Assembly: GCA_046861385.1 (NCBI GenBank)
Contig: JBHHTW010000023.1
Location: 1 to 37,498, forward strand
Direction: 5' to 3'
Length of the DNA: 37,498 bases
DNA from: Fidelibacterota bacterium
GTDB taxonomy: Bacteria; Fidelibacterota; Marinisomatia; Marinisomatales; TCS55
In this document: in pieces, positions 17,467 through 26,331 of the stretch
How positions within the stretch are numbered: the first letter of the stretch is position 1
Layout of the letters: the number at the start of each line of letters is the position of its first letter
Position numbers and translations under genes: made by a program
The notes under the pieces: generated by a model
Told to the model about the DNA's origin: nothing
Databases searched by the model: none
What the model saw: only the letters and a program-made list of their open reading frames with translations

Positions 17467-18347
17467 TGGGATATTTCTAAATCAATGGATCCCAAGCCGA
17501 CCGACATATCCAGAACAATTGTTGGACGGTCTCGATCCCAATTTTTCGACATATATTTATTACCCTTTTTAACTAAATCTTCTACATCAACGGATGAGAG
17601 GAAATTATCATGAACCCGGGCAGAAATATTAACATTATCCGGTAAAACCAGATCAACGGAACCCAATCCAACCTCTACCTCAATATCCATGTCGTGAGTG
17701 ATTGTCCCAGAAAAATCTATGTCGGCAGAACCAAATCCAACTTGGATATTAACAACTTCTGCTCGTAAATAACTAAGACCGTTTCCTTCAAACTCACCCA
17801 TTCCGGCTTCAATATTTATTTCATTACAAACAATAGGATTTAGTGATTCAAAATTGAGGGTTGCTTTTCCCATGCCACATTCAATATCGATACTTTGGAT
17901 TTTTATCCCTGATAAATCCATTTCGGTTTCCCCAAAGCCAAAATCCAATTCCATTTCAATCGGAACGGATAAAGGGAGCTTATATTCGCTTCTATTATGG
18001 AAATGATCACTATCCCAGTTGAATGAGAACTCATGATCCTTATCCAGTGTATTTGTTTTGATTTCTAGAAATCCCTTTTTCCCAAAAACGCTGTATTCTA
18101 CGTCTGGGGAGTCAAAATTATGCGGGCTGTATTCTACAATACCGTCTAGCTCTCCAGGATTATCTTTATTTGATAATAGAATTAATTCACCCATTTGATA
18201 ATCGATTTTTGCTTCAAGTTTATCAATGCCTCTAATGGAATAATGATAATGGTCACGAATGATAATATTTTCATGATCATCCTGATGCAAATCATTACCG
18301 AACAAAGAGATAATAGAAATGAGCAAATATAGTAATGTCTTTTTCAT
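17463..18347 (-). CDS. exported LiaF/'toast-rack'-like beta-solenoid protein
   Basis: start moved to MKKTLLYLL (18347), 294 aa; repeats FGFGETEMDL, CGMGKATL, AGMGEF, VGFGSADI, VGLGSVDL, VGLGSIDL. Confidence 0.7.
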   Translation of the reverse strand: MKKTLLYLLISIISLFGNDLHQDDHENIIIRDHYHYSIRGIDKLEAKIDYQMGELILLSNKDNPGELDGIVEYSPHNFDSPDVEYSVFGKKGFLEIKTNTLDKDHEFSFNWDSDHFHNRSEYKLPLSVPIEMELDFGFGETEMDLSGIKIQSIDIECGMGKATLNFESLNPIVCNEINIEAGMGEFEGNGLSYLRAEVVNIQVGFGSADIDFSGTITHDMDIEVEVGLGSVDLVLPDNVNISARVHDNFLSSVDVEDLVKKGNKYMSKNWDRDRPTIVLDMSVGLGSIDLEISH

Positions 18348-18348
18348 C

Positions 18349-19839
18349 TCAAAAATTGTAGTCAAGTCTTACGGTTGTTTCTATATAATCCCTGCCATCC
18401 AGTGGTTTAGCAATATTTACTGACCAACCCAAATCATCATCCTCATCGCTACCGATACCCACACCCACCGATGAAATTCCGTAATCTAGAATGGTCTGTT
18501 TACTGAAACTAAATGTCTTGTCATTCCAGGCATAACCGCCATCAGCAAATAGCTTCAAAAAGAACCATGAATCTGTAAATTCTTCTGTGAAGACAATTTC
18601 ACCGTTGGTCTGTACCATCTGATCACCGGTCTGATATTTGAATGGAAATGCACTAACAGATCCAAGTCCTCCCACACCGAATTTGCGAAATTCATGAAGT
18701 CGTCCATCTGAAGTTCCAGCCATAAGTTGAGAACGCAAAACGAGTCCATAGGACATTTCCCAATTCATTTTAACAAATCCAAAAATACGTTTGCGTAATT
18801 CCTCTGAACTCATTGTGTAAATATCTGAACCATCGTCTGATTTCTGGTACGCTTCGCCTTCGATGAATAATGCCATGCCGGTAGCAACCGGTGAATAATG
18901 TCTGGTTTGAAATGCAACTGTGGTCTGCAAGTAATCAATTGTTTTCTGTGGTTCAGTGTATGGATTGGATCTCAAAGAGCGTTCTTTTTCAAACAGGCTC
19001 CAGAGGTTTGATGTTACTGTTATAGAATCCTGTTGAACTGACGCCACCAAGAATTTCAGTTTTATCCTGTATAGATCAATACCGATTCCGGCGGACCAAC
19101 CTTCTTCATCCCATCGGTCATAGAAATCCTGACGACCTAAAAGCCCGGCCCAGGTATTTTCAGTTTCGGATAATCGATAATAATCATCTGTTCTACTTTC
19201 TTTAAATACACTACCGAAAAAAACAAGGTTGTTATTGGAAAAAAATGATTTTTCCAGAGTTAACCGTCCGGCAGTCTCATCAGAACCAAACCTGTATCCA
19301 ATTGAAAAACTCAAGCGGAATGAGGATTTTCCATTTCCATCCCATTGAGAATTAAGAGGTGTAAATAATAAACCTTCGTTACGATTATAGATGAAATAAT
19401 CATTTTCTGGATGAATCCAACTTTGAGTGGCGCGCATTGATCTTTCCCAAATTCTGAATTCATTTTCACCATCGATACTTTCAGCAGATTCCATTTCTCG
19501 GTAGACCAAACCTTCCTTCATGTGTGTTTCAACGATTTTACCATGGATCACGGCCTGCTCGTCTTTTTCAACGGATCCGCCGATGGCAACGATTGTTCCA
19601 TTTACAATAGATGTTGATCCCAATATCACGTTTCCACCAACAACCGTAATTTTTCCATCAACGGTTCCATTCACCAATAGATCACCACCTACAATGCGAA
19701 TATTATCGCCATTGGTTTCACCCTCTTCGATTGTATAATCATTAAAAAATTTGGTTTCATCTGTAGTTATTTTTTGTGAAATATTGGTTTGCGGTAAAAA
19801 TAGAGCAGTAGTAAAAACAAAAATAAGCACATATTTCAT
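18349..19839 (-). CDS. outer-membrane protein: bactofilin-like beta-helix + Omp85/TamA-like barrel
   Basis: start moved to MKYVLIFVF (19839; SD AAGGA), 496 aa; VGGDLLVNGTVDGKITVVGG..; YNRNEGL; FGVGGLGSVSAF..GD; LFADGGYAW; terminal YNF. Confidence 0.7.
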   Translation of the reverse strand: MKYVLIFVFTTALFLPQTNISQKITTDETKFFNDYTIEEGETNGDNIRIVGGDLLVNGTVDGKITVVGGNVILGSTSIVNGTIVAIGGSVEKDEQAVIHGKIVETHMKEGLVYREMESAESIDGENEFRIWERSMRATQSWIHPENDYFIYNRNEGLLFTPLNSQWDGNGKSSFRLSFSIGYRFGSDETAGRLTLEKSFFSNNNLVFFGSVFKESRTDDYYRLSETENTWAGLLGRQDFYDRWDEEGWSAGIGIDLYRIKLKFLVASVQQDSITVTSNLWSLFEKERSLRSNPYTEPQKTIDYLQTTVAFQTRHYSPVATGMALFIEGEAYQKSDDGSDIYTMSSEELRKRIFGFVKMNWEMSYGLVLRSQLMAGTSDGRLHEFRKFGVGGLGSVSAFPFKYQTGDQMVQTNGEIVFTEEFTDSWFFLKLFADGGYAWNDKTFSFSKQTILDYGISSVGVGIGSDEDDDLGWSVNIAKPLDGRDYIETTVRLDYNF

Positions 19840-19843
19840 ATTA

Positions 19844-21085
19844 TTATTCCTTTTCAATGTTAATATCACCATGCGTGGTTTGCAATTCAATTGGATATGT
19901 ACTGTCCCCGGTAACGAAATGACCATAAATATTATTAAAATTGGTTGTAATTGAAATAGGGTATTCACTTTCAATTTCATAACGGGAGTTACGTCCATTA
20001 ATTTTCGCATTGAGTGTGACTGGAAAATCTTTGGGAATACTCAAGTCAATGTTTCCATGACTTGTTATTAAGTTTATATCGTGGGAATCAAAATTATGAT
20101 TCCAAATTTTATATATTTCAATATCACCGGCGGATGTTTTAGCCTGAATACCACCTGAAAGATTATACCCTTGGATTGATCCTGCACTTGTAAATATTTC
20201 TATAGGTCCGTTCATGGATTCCAGTTCAATATCACCGGCGGATGTTTTGCCATAAAAATATCCTTCAACATCTTCAATGTGAATATCGCCACCGGATGTG
20301 CGTAAATGAATATTTCCTCGAATATCGTGTGCATCAATGTCTCCGCCTGAAGTTGTTCCTTCAATTATTTTCCCTACAATGTAGGAGAAATCTATATCCC
20401 CACCACTAGTAGAAACATCTACATCCCCTTCCACATGACGGGTAATAATATCTCCGCCACTCGTCTTTCCGGAAATTTGTCCATTTGTATTTATAATTGA
20501 TATATCTCCCCCGGCTGTTGATAAATTGACATTTCCTTCAGAATCTTTAATTCCAACATCTCCACCAGATGTTTTTGCCTCGATTTTACCATTGATTTCA
20601 TCCAGATTTATGTTACCGCCACTGGTGATAACATGTACCGCACCAGAAGTATTTATTATTTTTATTTCCCCACCCGTAATCATAGTTTTAATATTGAAGT
20701 GGGAAGGAAGTGTAATCGTAAATTCGTAACGAACGCCTTTTTTATGCATTGAATCACCCCTGATTTCAATTATATTTCCATCAGCCGATTTTTTTATATT
20801 AGTAGCGTTTTCTTTGTAATATTTTTTTGCATAATGTTTTGAACTGGATATTATTTTTATATCCTCTTGAATTTCTACGGTAAATGTTTCTTTCCCGACA
20901 ATGTTGATATTACCAAAAATATCCTTAATAATCAGGGTTCGATTCTCTTTGCCAATTTCACCCACTGAGAATTCGTATGAATTGGTTCCCACAAAAGAAT
21001 GTTCTGAGTCATAATCAAATGATTCAAATATCTTTTGTGGAAATAGCAATGTTGAAACAAATATGATAGTGAGAAAAATTTTCAT
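19844..21085 (-). CDS. DUF4097-family beta-strand repeat protein
   Basis: 413 aa; signal peptide; about a dozen ~18-aa repeats T(S/A)(G/A)GDI. Confidence 0.9.
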   Translation of the reverse strand: MKIFLTIIFVSTLLFPQKIFESFDYDSEHSFVGTNSYEFSVGEIGKENRTLIIKDIFGNINIVGKETFTVEIQEDIKIISSSKHYAKKYYKENATNIKKSADGNIIEIRGDSMHKKGVRYEFTITLPSHFNIKTMITGGEIKIINTSGAVHVITSGGNINLDEINGKIEAKTSGGDVGIKDSEGNVNLSTAGGDISIINTNGQISGKTSGGDIITRHVEGDVDVSTSGGDIDFSYIVGKIIEGTTSGGDIDAHDIRGNIHLRTSGGDIHIEDVEGYFYGKTSAGDIELESMNGPIEIFTSAGSIQGYNLSGGIQAKTSAGDIEIYKIWNHNFDSHDINLITSHGNIDLSIPKDFPVTLNAKINGRNSRYEIESEYPISITTNFNNIYGHFVTGDSTYPIELQTTHGDINIEKE

Positions 21086-22059
21086 TATTTAACCTCAATT
21101 ACATCCGGTTCCACAGATTCTCTGAATGATTGCAAGGTCATGGCAGCTTGAGCTTTAATATAGTCATTTTCATCCATAACACTTACGATTTGGAGCACAG
21201 GGAGTGATTTTTCAACGGGATGGTCAGAAATAATCTCGAGTGCTTGTTGACGAACAGCTTCATTTTCATCTTCAAGCAGGGTTTTTATGCAGGCATCAAT
21301 AATTAATTCAGTAGGAGAATAATTTTTCAAAATTTTGATTGATCGTAATCTGACACCGGGATTTGTATCCGTCAACAAAGCGGAAACGAGTACAGATTGT
21401 ACATCCGTTTCTGGGGCTGATTTTTGAAGCAACCGGACAGCTTTCAAACGTTTCCCGGCGTTATCATCATTGAGTAAGAGATAAAATAATAATTGTTTAA
21501 TATTTTCATCATTTAATTTTCCGCTAATATCCATATCGCTCTCCGTTTCTAGAGCAAAATGAATACGCCCGTCTCCGTTTTGAGAATTGATAAGTCTGAT
21601 GTTTTTTAAATCTCGAGACTGCAGCAAGTCAGCAACATTGATAGATCTATCGTTCAATAGTGTTGCATCATCGACTATTGGTACGGGAATCATTTTGCTT
21701 ATTACAACAGCAAATATCATATAAGTAATAACTGCCCAAGCAGGTTGAGGTGTCCCTAGAAATTTCTTAATTCCCATAAAAACGACAGATAATGAACGGG
21801 ATTCATTTTTTTGCTTAGTGATCTGATCAATCCTGCCGCGCAATTGCAGGCGTTGGCTCTGAAGCTCCTCATCGCTGGGAATAAAGGAAAATGCCTTACC
21901 TGATACATCCAAAGTGGACTGATATTCTCTAACTAATTTTTTCAGTTCTTTATTCTTAGATACACGTTCTTTGAATATCAACAATTCCGATTCAGATAAC
22001 AAACCGGTAATGTATTCGAACGCCTGCTCTTTTAAATGATTAGGAAGTTCTTTAGACAT
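21085..22059 (-). CDS. anti-sigma factor with one TM helix and C-terminal HEAT repeats
   Basis: overlaps the sigma gene end; N-terminal anti-sigma-like helices; TM WAVITYMIFAVVI; HEAT LLNDDNAGKRLKA, LLTDTNPGVRLRS, LLEDENEAVRQQA. Confidence 0.8.
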   Translation of the reverse strand: MSKELPNHLKEQAFEYITGLLSESELLIFKERVSKNKELKKLVREYQSTLDVSGKAFSFIPSDEELQSQRLQLRGRIDQITKQKNESRSLSVVFMGIKKFLGTPQPAWAVITYMIFAVVISKMIPVPIVDDATLLNDRSINVADLLQSRDLKNIRLINSQNGDGRIHFALETESDMDISGKLNDENIKQLLFYLLLNDDNAGKRLKAVRLLQKSAPETDVQSVLVSALLTDTNPGVRLRSIKILKNYSPTELIIDACIKTLLEDENEAVRQQALEIISDHPVEKSLPVLQIVSVMDENDYIKAQAAMTLQSFRESVEPDVIEVK

Positions 22060-22597
22060 AGCGATAGTCCTTTAATTGTTTTCTCATTTTTTCCATGGCT
22101 CTGAATAAGTATTTTTTAACAGTTCCCTCTCCAATACCCATAATGGCAGAAACGTCTTTTATTTTCATACCTTGTAAATATTTTAAAATAAATGCAGTAC
22201 GTTGTTTTTCTGGAAGCTCGTTCGTGGCTGTCTTAATTGCACGATTTATTTCACCATATGTATTTCGAGAAGAGTCAGGAATATTTTCGATTGGATCATA
22301 TTCTTCTAATGGTTCTTGTGTATACATACGGGACATTTTTCGTTTCATATTCAATCCGGTATTCACAGCAATTCGATACAGCCATGTATAAAATGAACTC
22401 TCAAAACGAAAAGTAGCTATACTTTTATAGGCCTTCACAAAAGTTTCCTGATACAGGTCTTCTGCATCCTGTTTATTTTTCATTAATTGATAAGCTAATA
22501 TCATAATTTTCTCGTCGTGTATTTCAACAAGTTGGTGAAATGAATGGTTGTCACCATTTTGTGCATCAATGATTAATTGTTTAATTTTGTCCGACAC
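22052..22597 (-). CDS. ECF RNA polymerase sigma factor
   Basis: 181 aa, GTG start; DAEDLYQETFVKAY, FYTWLYRIAVN, LPEKQRTAFIL, GTVKKYLFRA. Confidence 0.95.
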   Translation of the reverse strand: MSDKIKQLIIDAQNGDNHSFHQLVEIHDEKIMILAYQLMKNKQDAEDLYQETFVKAYKSIATFRFESSFYTWLYRIAVNTGLNMKRKMSRMYTQEPLEEYDPIENIPDSSRNTYGEINRAIKTATNELPEKQRTAFILKYLQGMKIKDVSAIMGIGEGTVKKYLFRAMEKMRKQLKDYRYV

Positions 22598-22609
22598 CGT
22601 TTTAAAAAC

Positions 22610-22650
22610 TCACATGTGTTATGACATGTGATCGTATGATTTAGTTGTCA
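22610..22650 (-). promoter_or_regulatory. candidate ECF-type autoregulatory promoter with overlapping inverted repeat
   Basis: minus strand TGACAAC (22650-22644), N17, TGTCAT (22626-22621); IR TCACATGT-N6-ACATGTGA at 22610-22631. Confidence 0.45.
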
Positions 22651-22662
22651 TCAAATTACATG

Positions 22663-22693
22663 AAAAAAAGAAACCCTCGAAAACGAGGGTTTC
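22663..22693 (-). terminator. intrinsic terminator of mdh
   Basis: 10-bp stem GAAACCCTCG/CGAGGGTTTC, 4-nt loop, 7 U on the minus strand. Confidence 0.9.
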
Positions 22694-22718
22694 AAGAAAA
22701 GGTCATTGATAGAAAGAA

Positions 22719-23654
22719 TTATAACCCTGTTTCTGACACAGTTTTTTTCACGACTTCCAATGTTTTGTCTAGAGCTTCTTTTTCATCATCCGTCAATTCA
22801 AATTCAAGAATATTTTCAACACCCTTAGATCCAATCACAGTTGGGACACCGATGAAAAAACCGTTAACTCCAAATTCTCCTTCACATAATGAAGCGCATG
22901 GGATTACTCGTTTTTTATCTTTAAGGTAAGACTCTGCCATTTCAATTGCGCATTGAGCCGGAGCGTAGAAAGCGGAACCGTTTCCAAAGAGTTTTACAAT
23001 TTCTCCACCGGCAACGCGTGTTCTGTCTTCAATTGCTTTTAATCGATCAGCAGAAACCAAGTCATTCACCGGTACGCCACCGACCGTTGCCAATCGAGTA
23101 ATCGGGACCATTGAATCACCATGACCACCCAGGACCATGCAAGTGACGTCCTGAACAGAGAATCCAGTTTCCATTGCAATAAAGGTTCTGAATCTTCCAG
23201 AATCAAGGGCACCAGCCATTCCAACAACTTGATTTTTAGGAAACCCGGAAACCTTATGAAATGCATAGACCATTGCATCCAGCGGATTGGATATTACAAT
23301 GACAAAAGCCTTGGGAGCCTGTACCTTAATATTGGTGGCAACATCTTTCATGATTCCAAGGTTTATTTCCAATAGGTCTTCCCGGTCCATTCCGGGCTTT
23401 CTTGGAATCCCAGCGGTGATGACAAAAACATCTGAATTTTTAATATCATTCCAATCAGATGTCCCGATAATATTTGCATCATAACCATCATGGGGTCGAA
23501 GCTGCATTAAATCCAGCGCCTTCCCTTTAACCATTCCTTGAGCTTTAGGGATATCAAAGATTACAATATCACCTAGTTCTTTTTGGGCTGCTAAAAGAGC
23601 GAGGTTTCCACCAATTTGACCGCCGCCGATTAATGAAATTTTAGGTCTGGACAT
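22719..23654 (-). CDS. mdh: malate dehydrogenase (LDH-like type)
   Basis: IGGGQIG, ITAGIPRKPGMDREDLL, SNPLD, MAGALDSGR, LGGHGD, GSAFYAP; SD AGGAG. Confidence 0.96.
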   Translation of the reverse strand: MSRPKISLIGGGQIGGNLALLAAQKELGDIVIFDIPKAQGMVKGKALDLMQLRPHDGYDANIIGTSDWNDIKNSDVFVITAGIPRKPGMDREDLLEINLGIMKDVATNIKVQAPKAFVIVISNPLDAMVYAFHKVSGFPKNQVVGMAGALDSGRFRTFIAMETGFSVQDVTCMVLGGHGDSMVPITRLATVGGVPVNDLVSADRLKAIEDRTRVAGGEIVKLFGNGSAFYAPAQCAIEMAESYLKDKKRVIPCASLCEGEFGVNGFFIGVPTVIGSKGVENILEFELTDDEKEALDKTLEVVKKTVSETGL

Positions 23655-23713
23655 GAATTACTCCTATAATCATTTTATATTGTGATGGAAACTACGAGAA
23701 TTATATTTGAAAT

Positions 23714-23738
23714 AAAAAACCCTCACGTTGCGAGGGTT
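23714..23738 (-). terminator. intrinsic terminator of rplU-rpmA
   Basis: minus strand AACCCUCGC-AAC-GUGAGGGUU followed by U-run. Confidence 0.8.
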
Positions 23739-23745
23739 GAAATAA

Positions 23746-24012
23746 TTAAGTTTGGATACTTGGCGGTACGACATTAACGAATTTTTTATCCCGTCCTTTT
23801 TTACTAAACTTTACAATACCATCAACAGTTGCAAAAAGAGAATCATCTCCGCTCCTTTTAACATTTGTCCCTGGATGGAATTTTGTTCCTCGTTGTTTCA
23901 GAATAATTCCTCCTGAAAGGATAGTTTGTCCATCTGAAACTTTAACTCCAAGCCGTTTAGAATTGGAATCTCGTCCATTTCTTGAACTTCCTACACCTTT
24001 TTTATGTGCCAT
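23746..24012 (-). CDS. rpmA: 50S ribosomal protein L27
   Basis: [33 protein letters not shown]. Confidence 0.99.
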   Translation of the reverse strand: MAHKKGVGSSRNGRDSNSKRLGVKVSDGQTILSGGIILKQRGTKFHPGTNVKRSGDDSLFATVDGIVKFSKKGRDKKFVNVVPPSIQT

Positions 24013-24014
24013 AA

Positions 24015-24383
24015 TTATTCTTCCTTACTAGTTTTTTCTGCTGATTTCTTAACAGTTTTTTTCGTTGTTGCGGAAAATTTTATTTTATCAATTTGCAGCA
24101 ATGTATATCCCTGACGATGACCATTTTTTCTCTGGTATCCTTTGCGACGTTTTTTCTTAAAAATCAGAATTTTTCTGTCACGTCCATGCTCAAGAACTTT
24201 AGCCTGTACGACAGCGCCTTTAACGGTGGGGGTACCAACATGATCTTTTTTTCCATCATTTGCAAAAAGAATGTGATCAAAAGTCAACATTGCCCCAACA
24301 TCGGATGACTGACTGGACACCTTAAGACGATCTCCTTCGCGGATGCTATATTGTTTACCTGAAATTTCGACAATTGCGTTCAT
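24015..24383 (-). CDS. rplU: 50S ribosomal protein L21
   Basis: [31 protein letters not shown]; short Lys-rich tail. Confidence 0.99.
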   Translation of the reverse strand: MNAIVEISGKQYSIREGDRLKVSSQSSDVGAMLTFDHILFANDGKKDHVGTPTVKGAVVQAKVLEHGRDRKILIFKKKRRKGYQRKNGHRQGYTLLQIDKIKFSATTKKTVKKSAEKTSKEE

Positions 24384-24409
24384 TATTTTATCTCCAAAAG
24401 CCGGCGAAG

Positions 24410-25957
24410 TTAAGAGGATTTCGTTTGATTACCAAGCGCAACTTGATCTGTAATATTTTTCTTATCTTTCGTTCGTAAAAACCTAAATTCATCTCGTTGA
24501 ACCTCCTGGCTTCCTTCAATAGATAAATGGACAAAATTTTGCCACATTAAACCCCTTAATATTTTTTTCTTATCATTTTTAATATGCCCGGCCACTTCTG
24601 GATGAAGTATTAAAATGAGTCTTAAATCACGATGTTTGCTTTTATAACGTCTTAACCAATGGTCAATCCGTGTAATAAGCGTTTCTTTTGAAATAATTCT
24701 ACCGGATCCGTGACAGGTTGGACAATCTTCACTCATGGAATCAATCAGGCTTAATCGAATCCGCTGACGAGTCATTTCCAATAATCCAAAATCACTAATA
24801 GGAGAGACGGCCACCTTTGCTCGATCTTTTTTTAATTCTTTCCGTAATTCATAATATACTTTTCGTTGGTTTGATTCCATACGCATATCGATAAAATCAA
24901 TCACAATTAACCCGGATAAGTCTCTCAACCTTAATTGTCTTGCGACTTCTCTGGCAGCTTCAAGATTTATTTTAAGAGAATTTGCCTCATGTTCCTTTTT
25001 CCCGATAAACCGTCCACTGTTTACATCCACAACAACCATGGCTTCCGTCTTTTCAATAATTAAATATGCCCCGCTTTTAAGCCATACTTTTGGTCTTAGA
25101 AGCTTTACCAACTCATCTTCAATTCCCATCGCTTCAAATAAAGGTGTTTTTAAGCGATAAAAATCCAATCTATTTGCCATATTTGAAGAAACATCTTCCA
25201 AATATCGAGACGTTTTACGATACAGTTTTTTAGAATCAATTACGATTTTTTCAACGTCAGATGTTAATAAATCTCGAATGACGCTCGAGGCTGTTTCAAG
25301 ATCTTCGTAGACTAATGTCGGGGAGTCTGTTTTATTCGCTTTTGTTTCTAATCGTTTCCAAGTGGATTTCAACTGATCGAAATCATTTTTTAATGCTTCT
25401 TCGCTTTTGCCTTCAGCGACTGTTCGAACAATGACACCAAATCCATCCTGCTTAAATGAATGAACTATTTTTTTGAGTCGACGGCGTTCATATTTATCCC
25501 AAACCTTTTTAGATATTCCTATATAATTTGCATCGGGGACTAAAACCAATAATCTTCCAGGGATTGCTACTTCTGTTGTGACCCGAGGACCCTTACCTGC
25601 AAACGGTTCTTTGATAACTTGGACATAAATATCTTGTCCAGATTGAAGATCAACTGAAATATTATCATTTCCTTTACGATAATTTTTCTGCGACCCATTT
25701 CTATCGTCTTCCTCCTCAATGAGATATTCACTGTTTTCAATTTCAGAGAATGGTAAGAAAGCATTAATCTCGTAATCAATATCAACGAATGCAGCCTGCA
25801 TCCCGGGCAAAACGTTTTCAACTTTACCTTTATAGATATTGCCAACCATGCGTTGTTTATTGTGTTTTTCTATATACACTTCAACAAGTTGACCATCTTC
25901 AAGAATAGCAATGCGTGTTTCACCCATGCTTTCATTTATATATATTTCTTTTTTCAT
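24410..25957 (-). CDS. Rne/Rng family ribonuclease (RNase G size)
   Basis: 515 aa; GNIYKGKVENVLPGMQAAFVD, VQVIKEP..KGPRVT, DVNSG, RLRDLSGLIVIDFID, Zn-link CPTCHGSG. Confidence 0.96.
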   Translation of the reverse strand: MKKEIYINESMGETRIAILEDGQLVEVYIEKHNKQRMVGNIYKGKVENVLPGMQAAFVDIDYEINAFLPFSEIENSEYLIEEEDDRNGSQKNYRKGNDNISVDLQSGQDIYVQVIKEPFAGKGPRVTTEVAIPGRLLVLVPDANYIGISKKVWDKYERRRLKKIVHSFKQDGFGVIVRTVAEGKSEEALKNDFDQLKSTWKRLETKANKTDSPTLVYEDLETASSVIRDLLTSDVEKIVIDSKKLYRKTSRYLEDVSSNMANRLDFYRLKTPLFEAMGIEDELVKLLRPKVWLKSGAYLIIEKTEAMVVVDVNSGRFIGKKEHEANSLKINLEAAREVARQLRLRDLSGLIVIDFIDMRMESNQRKVYYELRKELKKDRAKVAVSPISDFGLLEMTRQRIRLSLIDSMSEDCPTCHGSGRIISKETLITRIDHWLRRYKSKHRDLRLILILHPEVAGHIKNDKKKILRGLMWQNFVHLSIEGSQEVQRDEFRFLRTKDKKNITDQVALGNQTKSS

Positions 25958-26003
25958 AACCTGTACCTACAAATATTCATCATAATCGTTACTTTAATTA
26001 TAT

Positions 26004-26155
26004 GCAACAGAATTCACCTCGAAAACAAGGTCAATTCTTTGCTATGTCAGGTTGGAAGGAGAGGAGGGGAAAAAGCGGTAAAATCTTATGAATGCATCAA
26101 TAAAAAAACGTACTAAAAAATTCTGATAACTAGCCTACGCTTCTTCCAAACCGAC
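26004..26155 (-). promoter_or_regulatory. candidate structured 5' leader of rne/rng
   Basis: long-range stem 26140-26155 / 26046-26061 and hairpin 26004-26042; G-U pairs favour the minus strand. Confidence 0.45.
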
Positions 26156-26212
26156 ACAAAAATTACTTGATTATATACATTTCAAGCAAGGAATTTCCCG
26201 AAGAGCGAATCC

Positions 26213-26241
26213 TTGATTAATGTTAAAAAATTCCGTAAGAT
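26213..26241 (+). promoter_or_regulatory. sigma70 promoter of the metH operon
   Basis: TTGATT (26213-26218), 17 nt, TAAGAT (26236-26241); predicted +1 near G26247, the first base of the riboswitch. Confidence 0.7.
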
Positions 26242-26246
26242 TGGCG

Positions 26247-26298
26247 GTCGTGATTTGAACCCTATTGCTGCGACGATAAATAATGATGCTAAAAAGGT
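26247..26298 (+). ncRNA. SAM-II (SAM_alpha) riboswitch aptamer
   Basis: GUCGU GAUUUG AACCCU AUUGC U GCGAC GAUAAAUAAUGAU GCUAAAAAGGU has the SAM-II pattern: P1 GUCGU/GCGAC, GAUUU, UUGC, 3' GCUAAA; directly upstream of metH. Confidence 0.88.
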
Positions 26299-26303
26299 GA
26301 TCC

Positions 26304-26330
26304 ACCCCGAATAGCATCGGGGTTTTTTAT
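26304..26330 (+). terminator. riboswitch-linked intrinsic terminator
   Basis: ACCCCGA-ATAGCA-TCGGGGT then TTTTTAT, ending just before the metH ATG (26332). Confidence 0.85.
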
Positions 26331-26331
26331 T

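Noticed and set aside
19840-20010. Long N-terminal extension of the 553-aa ORF
   Set aside because: Overlaps the DUF4097 gene; the signal peptide and SD fit a start at 19839
20117-20248. Exact 24-bp direct repeat TTCAATATCACCGGCGGATGTTTT at 20117 and 20225
   Set aside because: Only two copies, in frame (KTSAGDIE) inside the DUF4097 repeat protein; not a CRISPR array or att site
22663-23738. Similar AACCCTC/GAGGGTT stems flanking mdh as mobile-element ends
   Set aside because: Each is a self-contained terminator with its own U-tract; no transposase or target duplication
25853-26116. 87-aa plus-strand ORF with a purine-rich GGAGGAGG-like tract
   Set aside because: Overlaps rne/rng antisense; the tract is better explained as part of the minus-strand leader structure
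26247-26330. SAM-I or cobalamin riboswitch upstream of metH
   Set aside because: Leader is only ~85 nt and lacks the SAM-I AUC..GAU core and the B12 box; it fits SAM-II instead
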